A stretch of DNA of 64,000 bases from Marsupella aquatica (Eukaryota > Plantae > Marchantiophyta), in NCBI GenBank assembly GCA_973895155.1, contig OZ316894.1, positions 24,240,709 through 24,304,708 of the forward strand, read 5' to 3'. The first letter of the stretch is position 1. Each line of letters starts with the position of its first letter. Under the pieces are notes generated by a model. The model did not search any database. It was not told where the DNA came from and saw nothing but the letters and a program-made list of their open reading frames with translations. Positions 50,009 to 61,800 of the stretch are shown here, in pieces. The translations under genes were made by a program, and so were the position numbers.

Positions 50009-52605
50009 TTATTCTTTGAACCCTTCGATCAGAGCCATGCCGTCTGGCGTTTCAATTACGTTACAACGTGGGAATCCAGCGGCTACCAGAAGCTCTTGGT
50101 ACTCCTCCTTGCTTCTCTCCCGGCCACCCTTCAAATACGTCAGCATTATCAGGTCCAAAGCCTCAACATATAAACCCCGAGTGCTGTCATCATGCTTATC
50201 CTTGAGAAACTCGGCCATGACTACCTTCCCGTTCTTTGCCGGGAGTGCTTTCCAACAATTCTTCAGGATTTGAATGGCGTCTTCATCTCCATAGTTGTGT
50301 ATAATCCACTGCATTAAGAATCCCAGTGCGATTGATTAGTAAATAACAATAATAGCGATTGTCAGACAGTGCTATTATTGTTATTTACTCGATGGACGCT
50401 GGCCAAAAATAAAAGGAACTTAATTGGGCAGGAGGCAGGACCGACTTTTGAAGAAATACCGTTACATTCCAATTTTATTTCTTGTACAAGAAATCAATTC
50501 CCGGAAATCTTGATTAGCTGAGAACGAGCCAATGCAAGTTTGAGACGACAATCAATCAATACATACATATCAAAGGTAAAGCCAGGTCTCTCAATTAATT
50601 GCTGATTCCGACCAGAATGATTCTGGAGTGAAGTTCAAACCTTTAGAAACATCGCGTCTCCTGATGGCACACTCTCGAAGAAACTGCCTGCTACATGCTG
50701 CACACCTGAAGCACAGAAGTTTTGGAACTAAATTTACCGTATCTGTAAATAGTACCGCTCAGAAATACCACTCTATAGATTTACCGGTATTTTTATTATC
50801 TATGTACGCTGAATTGGATTTTACTGAACACGTACGACGGCAAAGAAGATCACATCAGCATCAGGAATTGAAACGAAACTTTAAAAGTCTAGATAAACTA
50901 AGCGAAGCGAACAAAATTTAAGAGCTTGAAGATCAATTGGAAACGGGGATCAATGGAATCGGTCAGAACCGCGCACCATTTACTTCCGGAGCTGTGTCAA
51001 TAACATGTTGCAGGTCGAAATTGATGCCTTGGATATGTGGGTTGTTAGCAACAACCTGAGATACAAAGTATCCAGTGGATCCTCCCACGTCGACCAGAGT
51101 ATTCACACCGTCGAGCACCAAACTCTCCAACGCTCCTTTAAAGAACAACTTGCTGTTGTTTTCCATCGCCTTTTGGAAAAGTGATCGAAACTCGGGTTGC
51201 GGCAACTCATAAGCATTGGCGAGTCCGCTCAGTTTTGTGAAGGCACTGCTAGTGTCATCTAGAATGGCGTCAGGCAAGAGAAGCTCAGCAGGCACAAGAA
51301 GTGGACTATTGAGCATATCTGCACAGATGTCCGGTGGGATTCATAGGCCCATATTAGTGCTTACGCAAAGTTAATCAAACACTGATACGAGAGGTCCCAT
51401 GGATACTCCTGGTAATTTTTTCAAGTACTATGTGACCAACGATGGTTTGTGCCCTTTAGCTACGATTCCATTACAGAATTCTCGATCAATGGAGCGATTA
51501 AGTGTGAATCGCTTAGTTGCGTATCATTCGGAAGCATACAATTAGCTTTCAAACAGTTCGATCGGTAACACGCCTCCAGATTTTAATGGATCTCAATTTT
51601 TCAATCAAAATATTATCGCGAGATTAAAGTGAGCTCTGTGACTGTAGTAGTTAAACTTGAAGCAATGTGCTAGTAGCTAGCAAAGAAAGGAATTTTGCTA
51701 ATCCAGGTGACAAACAGCTTTACATCACATGCACTTGAATGAACGGCCTGTGTCCATGATGCACTACAGGCGGGCATCTGAGATCTTTAGAAGATGCGGG
51801 AGAAGATGACGGTACGTGTGGCATATTTGCTGGCCTATGGCAGCAGTTCACAATCATACTGTCTAGATTGTCGACAGTATGATTATTATTACTTAGAGCA
51901 ACGCATCCAGGCTAAGATGGTCTTCCAAATGTTCTTGGACCAACCTTCTGCGACATAAGTACTAATGCCTTTATGCTGCCTCCTTTCTGGCGAGGATCAA
52001 GAATAGCACAGAAGTGGGATCGATGAGGTGTGAAGGCACTCACCTGACATGGGTGTGATGCTCAACGGATTTTCACTGATGAACCACTGGGAGACTTCCG
52101 TAAGGCCATAAACAGGTAGCTCATCGCCTTCTAGAGATTCACTGAAGAGCCCCTGTCTCACTAAGGGACCCAGAAGACGTTGCAAATTCTGGACGGAGTT
52201 GGGTCCTGGAGTGTATTTCGTTGGCAGTTGCCGTAGAATTTCCTCTGCCGACATGGGCTTTCTCCCTTCTGCATTAGCGAGGATGTCTGGGATACCTAAC
52301 TTAAGTACAGTCTGAACCGCCATGTAAATGAATCTTGCGAAGACCAGATTCTGTGCCACGATGTGGCTGTAATCGAGTTGTGAAGTTTTTTCATCATTGA
52401 TGCTGCTTATCATGGCCATGGTTGCAACATTGTGCACAGATCCGCGCCTTGACCCCGCCCAGACCACCGAGTAGGGTTGAAGAGCTCCCTTACGGAAATG
52501 CCCATATCTCGGCAACCATGACTCGGACGTGCGAGCTTCAGACGGTGTTGTGAACGGGCGACCGAGGCCCACAAGGTGCCGCTGAGGGAAGGAAATGGCC
52601 GACAT
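50009..52605 (-). CDS. SAM-dependent O-methyltransferase (COMT/class II family) with N-terminal extension, about 422 aa; exons 52605-52044, 51318-50977, 50705-50641, 50308-50009
   Basis: Dimerisation domain (KLGIPDIL...MSAEEI...LQRLL...YGLT), LVDVGGSTG, GINFDLQHVI, HVAGSFFESVPSGDAMFLKWIIHN and GGRERSKEEY. GT-AG introns in phase. Confidence 0.93.
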
Positions 52606-53849
52606 TAGTGTTGGTGGAAGATCGATGCCAGTACCGTCGGACTCTCAAAACCAAAGTTCGCAAGCTCCACCAGGTTTATCAATAACACACCGCCTCACAT
52701 GGATTGGGAAAATGAACGCAGTTCTCCGAATCTCAACTTAGCTCTTCTTTGCTCTCCATCATTCAAATCTATTTAAGGTGGTTGATGGATCTGGTCTCTT
52801 ATCCTACGAGGGTACAACAGTAGTAGTGAATCAAGGGGAACTGAGAATCGGATGATTTGTTTGTTAATTTTTTTGCCTCGAAAAAACCAAAAGAATATGC
52901 TGACTAAACGGATGATTTGTTTTGGGACCAATTGGAAGAAAGAATATTATATTTTATTTGATCATATGATATTATAATGAAGTGTGATGTAATAACTTAT
53001 GCGTGTAAGTCTGGCATTGATTGTTGTCCACTGACTCAATTGAGTCAACTCCTCCTATTACTGACGGTGCTGTCGAGAACAGTGAGGTGCAATTTGATGC
53101 TACTGCAGATATTCTGGCTGACCTCCTTTAGAAATAAAAAGTAAAAAAAGCATCGATACCAAATGCCTTTTCCAAAAAAAAATTGGACAATACGTTCGAG
53201 CTTAAAAACTCTTCCTTATGAAATCATTTCTTTAATATAGATAAAGTTTTTTTTTGCCTTGAAAGAACCAATTGAATTCCATCCAAAAAGTCAACATACA
53301 GAAGGGGGACCAAAGGCACCAACCCAAAGGACCAGGGGTCGAAGTGCTAAGACCGGGGAGGCCTGTACTAGGAAAAAAAGCTGGCCCCCAAAAGGGAGGC
53401 ACCTAAACAAGTAATTTAGAGACTACAGCCGGAGCAGCAAACTCCTAAAGACTGGCCAGTGATTAGGTTCCGGCGGGGTTCCTTCCAGTGGGTCCGTGAG
53501 AGAGCAAGAGCTCAATCAGTCAGTCTGCAGTGCAGCTTCCTAACCTGAGATAAGATTCTGATTCACGGGGGGCGTGGAGGGACAGGTGGAACTTGGAGAG
53601 CTTCATCGTGGATCTCCCACAGGCCTACCCAGGTGCCGTAGTTAAAGGACATCTCATTTCGGGCCTCTCCTGGGGTGGTCTTACCAGCCCTAATGCGGAC
53701 TCTGTGTCGTGCCCAGTCCTTTCGGAGGTAAATTCCGAGTCGATGCCAGGATTTCCGAATAACCCCCTGTGGGTTAGGTCTGGTGTGTTAAAAAAAATGT
53801 GTGCTTTTGTCCTTCCACACATTCCAACAAATGATAGCCCGAAGGGTAT

Positions 53850-55850
53850 TGTTAAACGCCCAGTTTGACTTGCGATTAACGGACGTCTAACTGCCTTCTT
53901 CGCAGTATCTCCCGCTTAAACGATCAACCGACCTTCTAGCGGGGTACTCCCCTCTTCCTCTATATAGTCCCCGTAAGTGAATCCTACCAAGTGCTCTATA
54001 ATGTCTAACTCTTCCTTCCACCTCTTGGGCACGACTGCTTCAGTCAACACCAGACCCTCCCTGTAGATGATCTCGATAAACCCACACCAGTAGCGGTAAG
54101 TAATTAAACAGATGGGAATACTCTCCTGGCGTAACGCTCAGGTAATCAGGTGGGAACCGATGGAACAGATCCACAATTCCAGTGGTCTTAACTTAATCAA
54201 GGAGCAAGGCTTGTCCACCTTACTGTCTACATTCATGGTTGTTATAGTAGCAGTGACCGGGTTAGGTCCTGCTGTCCCTCAATCGGCCTTCCTGGCGAGC
54301 TTCCTGGCAATCGATCTGTCTTTGGCTAAATCAAGCAATTTAAATAGAGGTATCCGTAGTAGGAACCCCAATTTAACGGTTGACCCTGTATGTTGAAGGT
54401 GTACGACGACCAAGGTCACGTCCTAGATACACACAATCTCCAACCAGACCTTGCTTCCCACGAGCTGTCTGTTAAATCGCTACCTTAACGTGCTAAACCG
54501 TAAGGTCCTCACTCGTAGTGAGACGATTTCCATTCATCCCAGCGATTTACGATTAATCAACTTAACACATGTTCCTAACGAGTACTTCGCACGAACTCCC
54601 ATAACCGCACTCCTCGACTCTCAGTATTAATCACGAATGCCTCTCCTTCTTCGAATGACTTTCAAAGTTACTGCTTCTTCTGACTTGATTCACAACATTC
54701 TTCCAACGTTGACTTTGGACTCTTACTCACCGCTCAAGCACAAGGTAACGAAGTTCCTCTGCACTCTATTGCATTCATACACATCTCTTTATAATCGAAA
54801 ACTACTCAAAACGAGTAGGGACACTAATACAAAATGCTGGTAATCTTGAGGTGAGTCCGGCTCTACCTCTCAACCAAGCTCCTAGCAAAAAGTGACAGAG
54901 CGCCTAGCGCTCCACAGCCTCTAAATACCTATGCCTCGCGTCCGTCTTTGCTGAGGTTTCTAACTACTTTCCGGGGCGCGCCGACTTCAGTTGGACGGTT
55001 CGCCCTTCAGCCGCGGTCTCCTGCGCTAATCTGCCAAGAAACTCTAACTGTCTCTTGCCAAGAACGATGAGCGAGCCAAGAACCGTGTTTACATGTCAAG
55101 AAGATTCCTGTGGTTACTGAACTGTGCAACGACGCCTTTGATTCTCTTCTTTGATGGCGCCTGAACTGGAAGCTTCCGGACTTTCGATCGCCAATTCTGC
55201 TAAGTGTGAAACGACATTTAGGTTATCGTCCCCTTCCTTAGCGGTAGTCGCTTTGTTGGTGACGATTACTTGACCGGCGGTGATTAATCGCCATGCAATC
55301 CGTTGATCGCGGTTGTTATCCCGCCTTAGTACCAGATTCCACTTCTTCCGCATGACATTTCTGCAGAATCCCTCAATGGCCCCGCTGGTCGTGAATCGCT
55401 GACGAAACTCTTCGCCCTTCATTCCAAACAATTGTTGCCCGGCCTCATCCCAGACACGATAGCTCCCTTCTTTCACCCGAATGGTGAACATAAACATAAG
55501 CACTCCTTCGCCTAGCGGTTTACACCTATGCCCTACTCGATTTTGGCTAATAGGGGTTCCCATGTCGGTCCCCTCTTGTCTTTTCTATCGAGCCCTTGTG
55601 CCTAAGGCACAGACCTTGCCATCTGCTAGAAATCCATCGCAACCTTCATAACAGAACTCTACTCCTATCCGGCCACTAATCGCGATGATCGTCGCCTCTC
55701 CTAATTCTAGCCTTTCCGCCATTCTAACAGGATGCAATGAACTGCTACCGGTCCTTGCGTGCTGCTCCCTAAATACCCTGGATTAACTTCTGGCTGACGC
55801 TTCTAAGACTAAAGGACTATAATTTAACCGGTGTAATGTTACCGTTTATA
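53850..55850. mobile_element. 2,001-bp insert with LTR-like termini and a 5-bp TSD inside the LINE
   Basis: TSD GGTAT at 53845-53849 and 55851-55855. Termini TGTTAAACG...CGTTTATA. Removal rejoins the LINE codons LWHT-LRAIICW. Confidence 0.9.
55114..55722 (-). pseudogene. RPA70 C-terminal (DBD-C) OB-fold/Zn-ribbon-like ORF with one in-frame TAG (55587-55585)
   Basis: MAERLELGEATIIAISG...FCYEGCDGFLADGKVCALG...GHRC...LMFMFTIRVKEGSYRVWDEAGQQLFGMKGEEF resembles the RPA1 pattern ATI..I...FCY.AC...C.KKV...RY.L.......FDE.AE.I.G.SA.EL. Recognised by eye only. Confidence 0.55.
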
Positions 55851-58800
55851 GGTATGCCAAAGCTTTACCGGTGTATCCCACTCATCAGGTAGTGGCACTC
55901 CAACAAAAATGTGTGCGGGCTGAAGGCGAATTGAGTTGCCCCTAGAAAATGCACAAAGCTGGAGAACACATTCCACCCATCTCCAAATGATCTGAGACTG
56001 TTGACAACTCCATATGCAGTGAAGTATGTCTTCCTGTTGATCCGGTCCACACCGGGTGCACCAAGTGCTGGAATCGGAGGGTGGTAGCCGCGGAAATCTC
56101 CAATGTTGTGTTGCCGGGATCCTATAAATCAACTGCCACAAGTAGCAATTTTCACTAGCAGCCCGAAAAGGTAGCCAAGTATCAGCCCATAGCGTAAGTG
56201 GATCCGGTCTCCAGTTCAAGCTGATGGCCCATTTCTGCACCGCTTTGTGAAGGGGTCCAGAAGTTTTACCTTGAATTTCCCTCAGATGTGCAGTGTGGGT
56301 GTCCAGAAAGGGAAGCCCATCTTTCCACTCATATTGTAGCAGGGGCGAAAGGGGTCCTAGAGGTCTACCAATCCGCTGCTTGAGAGTGGGAGCTCTACCG
56401 TGTGATCTCACCAGAACCTGGTGTAGAACGGTACCAATCGGGGGAGCTGAGTTGACCGATTTGTAGAGGAGTCCATTTGCCACCTTGAAGGTCTGCCTTG
56501 GATGTGAAGTATCATTAAATCTCTGCCATTGGGTTGTGACCCGATTCCGCTGTATTTGGTATTCCCAAATGAACAGAGTTCCACAGGGCATGATAGCTTC
56601 CATAAAGACAAGAACGAGTTGCTCAGGCTTGCCATATAGCTAGTTCTGGTACACTCCTGAGGTTGGCAATAAGCTTGCGGTAGGCATGGGCACAATTCCC
56701 TGGGAGTATCAAATTCGGGCCTGCCTCCCATTCAATGAAACCTCCCTGTACATCAAGGACATCCTGCATGGAAATAAATCCCGCCCTCCTGATTTTCCTC
56801 TATGGATTGCTACGACATTTGGCTGCATTAGCATGGATGTGATTGATGTACGGGGTCCAAAGAGGAAGATCACGCCATCCTTCTAAATGAGCAGGGGGTG
56901 TGGGACGGAGGTTCTTCTTGATGACGTTCCACCCTGTACAAACATTGGTCCATACCTTCAAACCATTGGGTGGCAATGTGTGGCAATGTGAGAATACCCA
57001 CAAGAAGTCCTCCCCTCCCCATTTCGGCTTAGAGAGTTGTTTAATCTCGTGCTGTAGAATTCGACGCAGTGGGTGATCCCCTTTGGCCAGTGCCCAAGTG
57101 ATGAAATTGCCTGCCAATGCCCTGAATTGTGCCACCAACGAGATGAGTCCTAGTCCCCCCAGCCGCTTCGGTCGAGTGATAGTAGCAAAGGCAACCCTCG
57201 ATCGGGCCTTCTCGTTCTGCCCTGCCCACACGAAGGTAGTGATTTTCTTCTGAAGTGTAGCCAGGGTGTGCAGCTGCCCAGTCCAGACCGTGAGCATAAA
57301 CCAAAGAGTGCTCATGACTAAATGGTTAGCGACCATGACACGAGCAATAAGGGACCCCGAACTCCGACGGACCTTGTCTAGTCTGGATTCAAGCTTCTCC
57401 GCTAAGGAAAGCACCATTTGTTCTTCAAAGATACTTTGTGCCACGAGAATTCCTAAGAGCTTAGTGGCATTGGCTTTGGTCTCCTAGCTCCAGGGCAAAC
57501 GCGTGAATTGAATCGGGAGTCTGCGTGGGGAAATAAATGTTGCTTTCGTTTTCTCCCAGATGCAAACAAGTCCGGATGCTGAGCCAAAAAGGTCCAAGAT
57601 CTGCTTACAATTGTCAACATTCTCCATGAAAGCGCGAATGAGCATAGCCAAGTCGTCTGCATATAGATTGTGCACATTGTGTAAGCGTACAAGTTGAATG
57701 TCGACACCCTGAATGGTCCCCCTATCGACCGCCCATTGTATCATCCTGCTAAGGGCGTCAATTGCAATAAGGAACAAAAGAGGTGATAGGGGGCATCCCT
57801 GTCTGACCGATCGGGCTAGACCAAAGGGTGAAGCCATTCGCCCATTGAGAAGCATTGCCGAGGATGCTGAGGCATGAGTAGCTCCCAGAAATTGCATGAG
57901 TAGCCCGTTGAAGCCAACTTTTCCCATGAGAGCCATCAAGAAAGGCCATTCAAGTTTGTCGAAAGCCTTGGTTACGTCTAATTTCATCAGAATGTAATCC
58001 AGGCCAGAGACGTGAGCATGGTGTAACATTTTGTTGAGTAGCATCAAGGAATGGTGAATATTCTGACCTGGTAGAAAGGCAAATTGCTATGGTGAGATGA
58101 ACCTCTGTAGGACTGGAATCAGACGTAGCTGAAAGGCGTTTGCGCCAATCTTGTAAACCACATTCAACAAAGTAATGGGCCTTTTGTTGGTCAAGTACCG
58201 CTGATCGTCCTTCTTCTGTAGGAGTACAATGAATCCCCTAGTAATCGCATAAGAGGAAACCCCCTCCGCCATTTCTTGCGTAAGCGCACCAAGCAGAGAG
58301 GGATCCACAGTGTCCCAATGCGCCACAAAAAACTCCACTGGTACCCCATCTGGACCCGGGCGTTTGTTGCACGCCAGCGCTGCCGCAGCCTTTCCAAGCT
58401 CCTCCAACGTGAAAGGCTCATTCAGCATCTCCTGGTCCTCCCTTGTGATCCTTGTTTTTTGCAGCTCCAGAACCCTTGCAATGTGTTCCCACTGTGGACC
58501 CGCAGATTGGCCCAAGATATCCTTGAAAAAAGTAGTGGCAGTATCAGCCATCCCGTCCCAATCACTGACTAGCAGATTCTCCTTAGTGAAAAGTTGAGTG
58601 ATTTCGTTTTTCATGGCCAATCCTTTGTAAGTTCTGAAGAAAAGCTTGGAGCATTTTTCCCCATCGCCAATCCACTGGGACTGCAGAATGTAGTCCATCC
58701 ATTGGACTTTCTCAGCCTCAAATTCCTGCACCAATGCCGCCTTCAGAGCATCTTGATTTGGAGCTATGTGTGGGTCCCTCTCGAATTGAAGCTGTGCCTG

Positions 58801-61800
58801 GGTGAGCAAAGTACAAAGTTGGGTTTCCCACAAGCGTCTCTCCAGGGCCTTCCTTTTCCCCCAACTTCTGTCAAACTTCCGTGCCTTCCCCAGACAATGA
58901 ACAAGAGTCTTAGCTGCTGATAAACCTCCCCTCCAACAAAGCTCTCTCTCTCTTTTCCACATTTTTTCCATGCGCTCCCGGTACTCCACCTGCTTCTGGT
59001 GGCTGACATTCATGCGGTGTTGTGAGGGGCGCTTGACAGGCACCACCGGGGTGATCAAAGCAACTCGCAAAGCAATGACAGGGGCATGATCCGACAAGGG
59101 GATCCCAGGAATAATAGTTGAAGAGATATCAAATTTAGCACTAACCCCCCCTTGGAGGCATAAATTCTGTCAAGCCTCCTCAGAACTCGGCCTCCCAGGT
59201 TTTGTAGTTGTTGCGTGGCAGGGGCATGACGAAAACTTCTCTTGTATCCCAACTGAAGCGGAGATGTCCTTGTTGCTCCTGGAATGAGTCCACTAGGTGA
59301 AGTCGCCTCATGAGATGGCGCCAAGCTCGCCTTTCACTGCCCGATATAGTTGTGCTTGGCCCCCCTCTCTGATCTGAAGATTGTTCAATCATATTAAAAT
59401 CCCCCATAAGAATCCAGGTGAACAATGGGTCCAGCCATGCATATATCAATAACGTTTTGAGACATGACTATATTCATTTGTTGTTTCCGCTTGTCTCATT
59501 TCGAAATAAAAAAGTTAAAAAACTTGATACCAAATGCCAAGGAGTTTGTGCGCCTAGCAGACATTCCAACTGAGAGCTGTACATTTCTGTTCTCAGTGGG
59601 AATGTCTGCCTGAAATCATGTCATATAAAATGGGAAGAGATTGGGTGAAGTCAACCCCAAATTTGGGTGGGGTTTGCGGCAAAGGGAAGCACCTCCTGAA
59701 TTCTTGTAAGCCTCAATCCCAACTAAATTGGCTGGTGTTTGCGTCAAAAGGGAAGCACCTCCATGGCATTCAAACTCAGAACCACTACCTCCAAATGATA
59801 AGAGCTACCATTTCCCTAGAGCCTGCTGGGAAAAAGAGTTGCTAGTATTTAACTCCCGTTTTTTAGAGGCAAACAAAAAACATGTATTGACTTGCTTCAA
59901 AATTTGATTTACAAAGGATATGCACTCTATTAGACTTAATGTCAGGTTCATTTGAAAGCCATTGATGAGCTCTCACACAGTGATCCTTAATTATGAAATA
60001 AATCCATTTCATCTATAATTATTTTAGAACTTTGAGATTCTGTGTCTCCAATTAAATTGAAAGCAAGTGCAAACTTGCTTATTTCCACACAAGAGTAGAT
60101 CTCCACAATTTTTGCGAGCAAAGGCACTACAACCAATTACGTGCCTGCCAGAATTCCTAAGGCATGTTACGATGGAATATCACACATATCTGTCCATAAC
60201 CAACGGGTTGCAGTCTGAAAAAGCCCGTAGAGCATTTCACTTCCATAAAAATCTGCGATTGTATGCTGTATTTAATGTTTATCGTAAATAACCCATAACC
60301 ATTGGAGATGCTCTTATTAGCCCCAACTTCTACCATTGGGGCAAAGGAGGGTTCCACTCACAACCAGCTCAGCTTCTTCTTTTTAGGTGATCCTTAATGA
60401 AGTTAAAATGTTTCTTATAAGGGTTTACTCATATAAACCCTTATAAGAAATGTGAATTTCGAATTTTATTAGCTAGGCGCTCTGGTTTCTTAATAAACAT
60501 CATTTTATTTATAAACATCCCCTTGCCACATATTGTGCAGTAAGTTTCTCTCTTTAGTTTTTATTAAGCCCACCACTTACAATAATGTAAACTAACGGTC
60601 ATCTATAGAATATGATCTCATAGATTTGATCTCCGAGATGCAATGAATGCACCTGTCGGAAGCTAGATGCGCGCTATGTTAATTCAAAAGTCTCAAAACT
60701 ATTCATATGAGTTTTAAATTTACCTTCAGTTACTCTCAATAGAATCTGTATGATAATATGGTATTAATATATATATATATATATAGCTCATAGATTGTAC
60801 AGGTACGTGCTTGATGGAAACCCCAGCTGAAATGTTTGCGTGATGGGGCCCATGAAACTCATTGCAGATTTTTAGTGTAAGAAATACATACCAAATTCAC
60901 ATGCCTTTTAGATGTTGACCTCCATCTTGCATTAGATGTGTGTGTAATTGTATATGATTGTTCGGGTGTCATAGCAGTTGCATCAAACAAACATGGAACT
61001 TTGGACTAATCTATTCTACATTAAATGAACATCAAAATGACCAAAATGATTTTTGTGATGTAGAGCACATATTTCCTCTTTTTCCCCTCATTATTCAGTC
61101 ATCAAAAATTTATATTTTGAGTCTTTGTGAGCAATTGGTTTTTGAGAAAAACATTAAAATAATACTTACTCGCACAACTCACATAGACTCTCCTCAATTG
61201 AAGGCTTACTTAGAAAGAGCAAAATTTGAGAAGGACAAATTTAGTGGAAGGCCTTTTGCCCAAGATACGCCACTAAAGTTGTGTTATCAAAAAACCTATT
61301 TCTACACTCAAGTTTCATGATGAGTTGTCTCAAGCAATTGTTTGTCCAAGGTTAAGGAGGTTTCATACAGGACTTTAGCCTGTATATGTTTTGTCAATCA
61401 GTGGAGAGTAATGTTAGGGAATGCCCAAAGAATAATTCAGAATATGCATCAAACGGGTCAATTGGGCCATTTGGCCCATCATTTGACGATTTTACGTGCC
61501 AGGCAAGGCGTCAAGTTGTCCATCAGGTTAAATGGGGCTCGATGCTCACTGCTGATAATTAGTCTTGATGCTCAAGGCACAACTCCATCCTTACTGTCTG
61601 TCAAATCAATCAGATAGCAAGGAATGTAACAAATTGAAACAATCAAGTCTCAATGCTTAAAATGTCTATGGTGAGGAAAGTCCTTTATTGCTGGACTCAC
61701 AATCTTGAAAAGACTGACAGAGGTGAATGTGACACAACACATTGAACACAAATTGAGCTGATTAGGGAACATAAAGAAATGTGGGCGCGCAACCCCTTAA

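Larger units (their letters stand above)
53247..59445 (-). mobile_element. 5'-truncated, decayed L1-type LINE (APE-RT-zf ORF2), interrupted by a 2-kb insert
   Basis: APE remnants WILMGDFNMI, RRLDRIY and SDHAPV; RT KRPITLLN, LDVTKAFD, VRQGCPLSPLLF and LYADD; zf CTRC...EDILHCIWSC. The C-terminus resumes below 53845 (LRAIICWNVWKD...VPPVPPRPP*, stop 53565-53563). A9 tail at 53247-53255. Confidence 0.9.

Noticed and set aside
55114-55722. RPA-like ORF as a native third ORF of the LINE, or as Helitron cargo
   Set aside because: It lies inside a separate TSD-bounded insert that splits ORF2 mid-domain, and no Helitron TC...CTRR ends are present.
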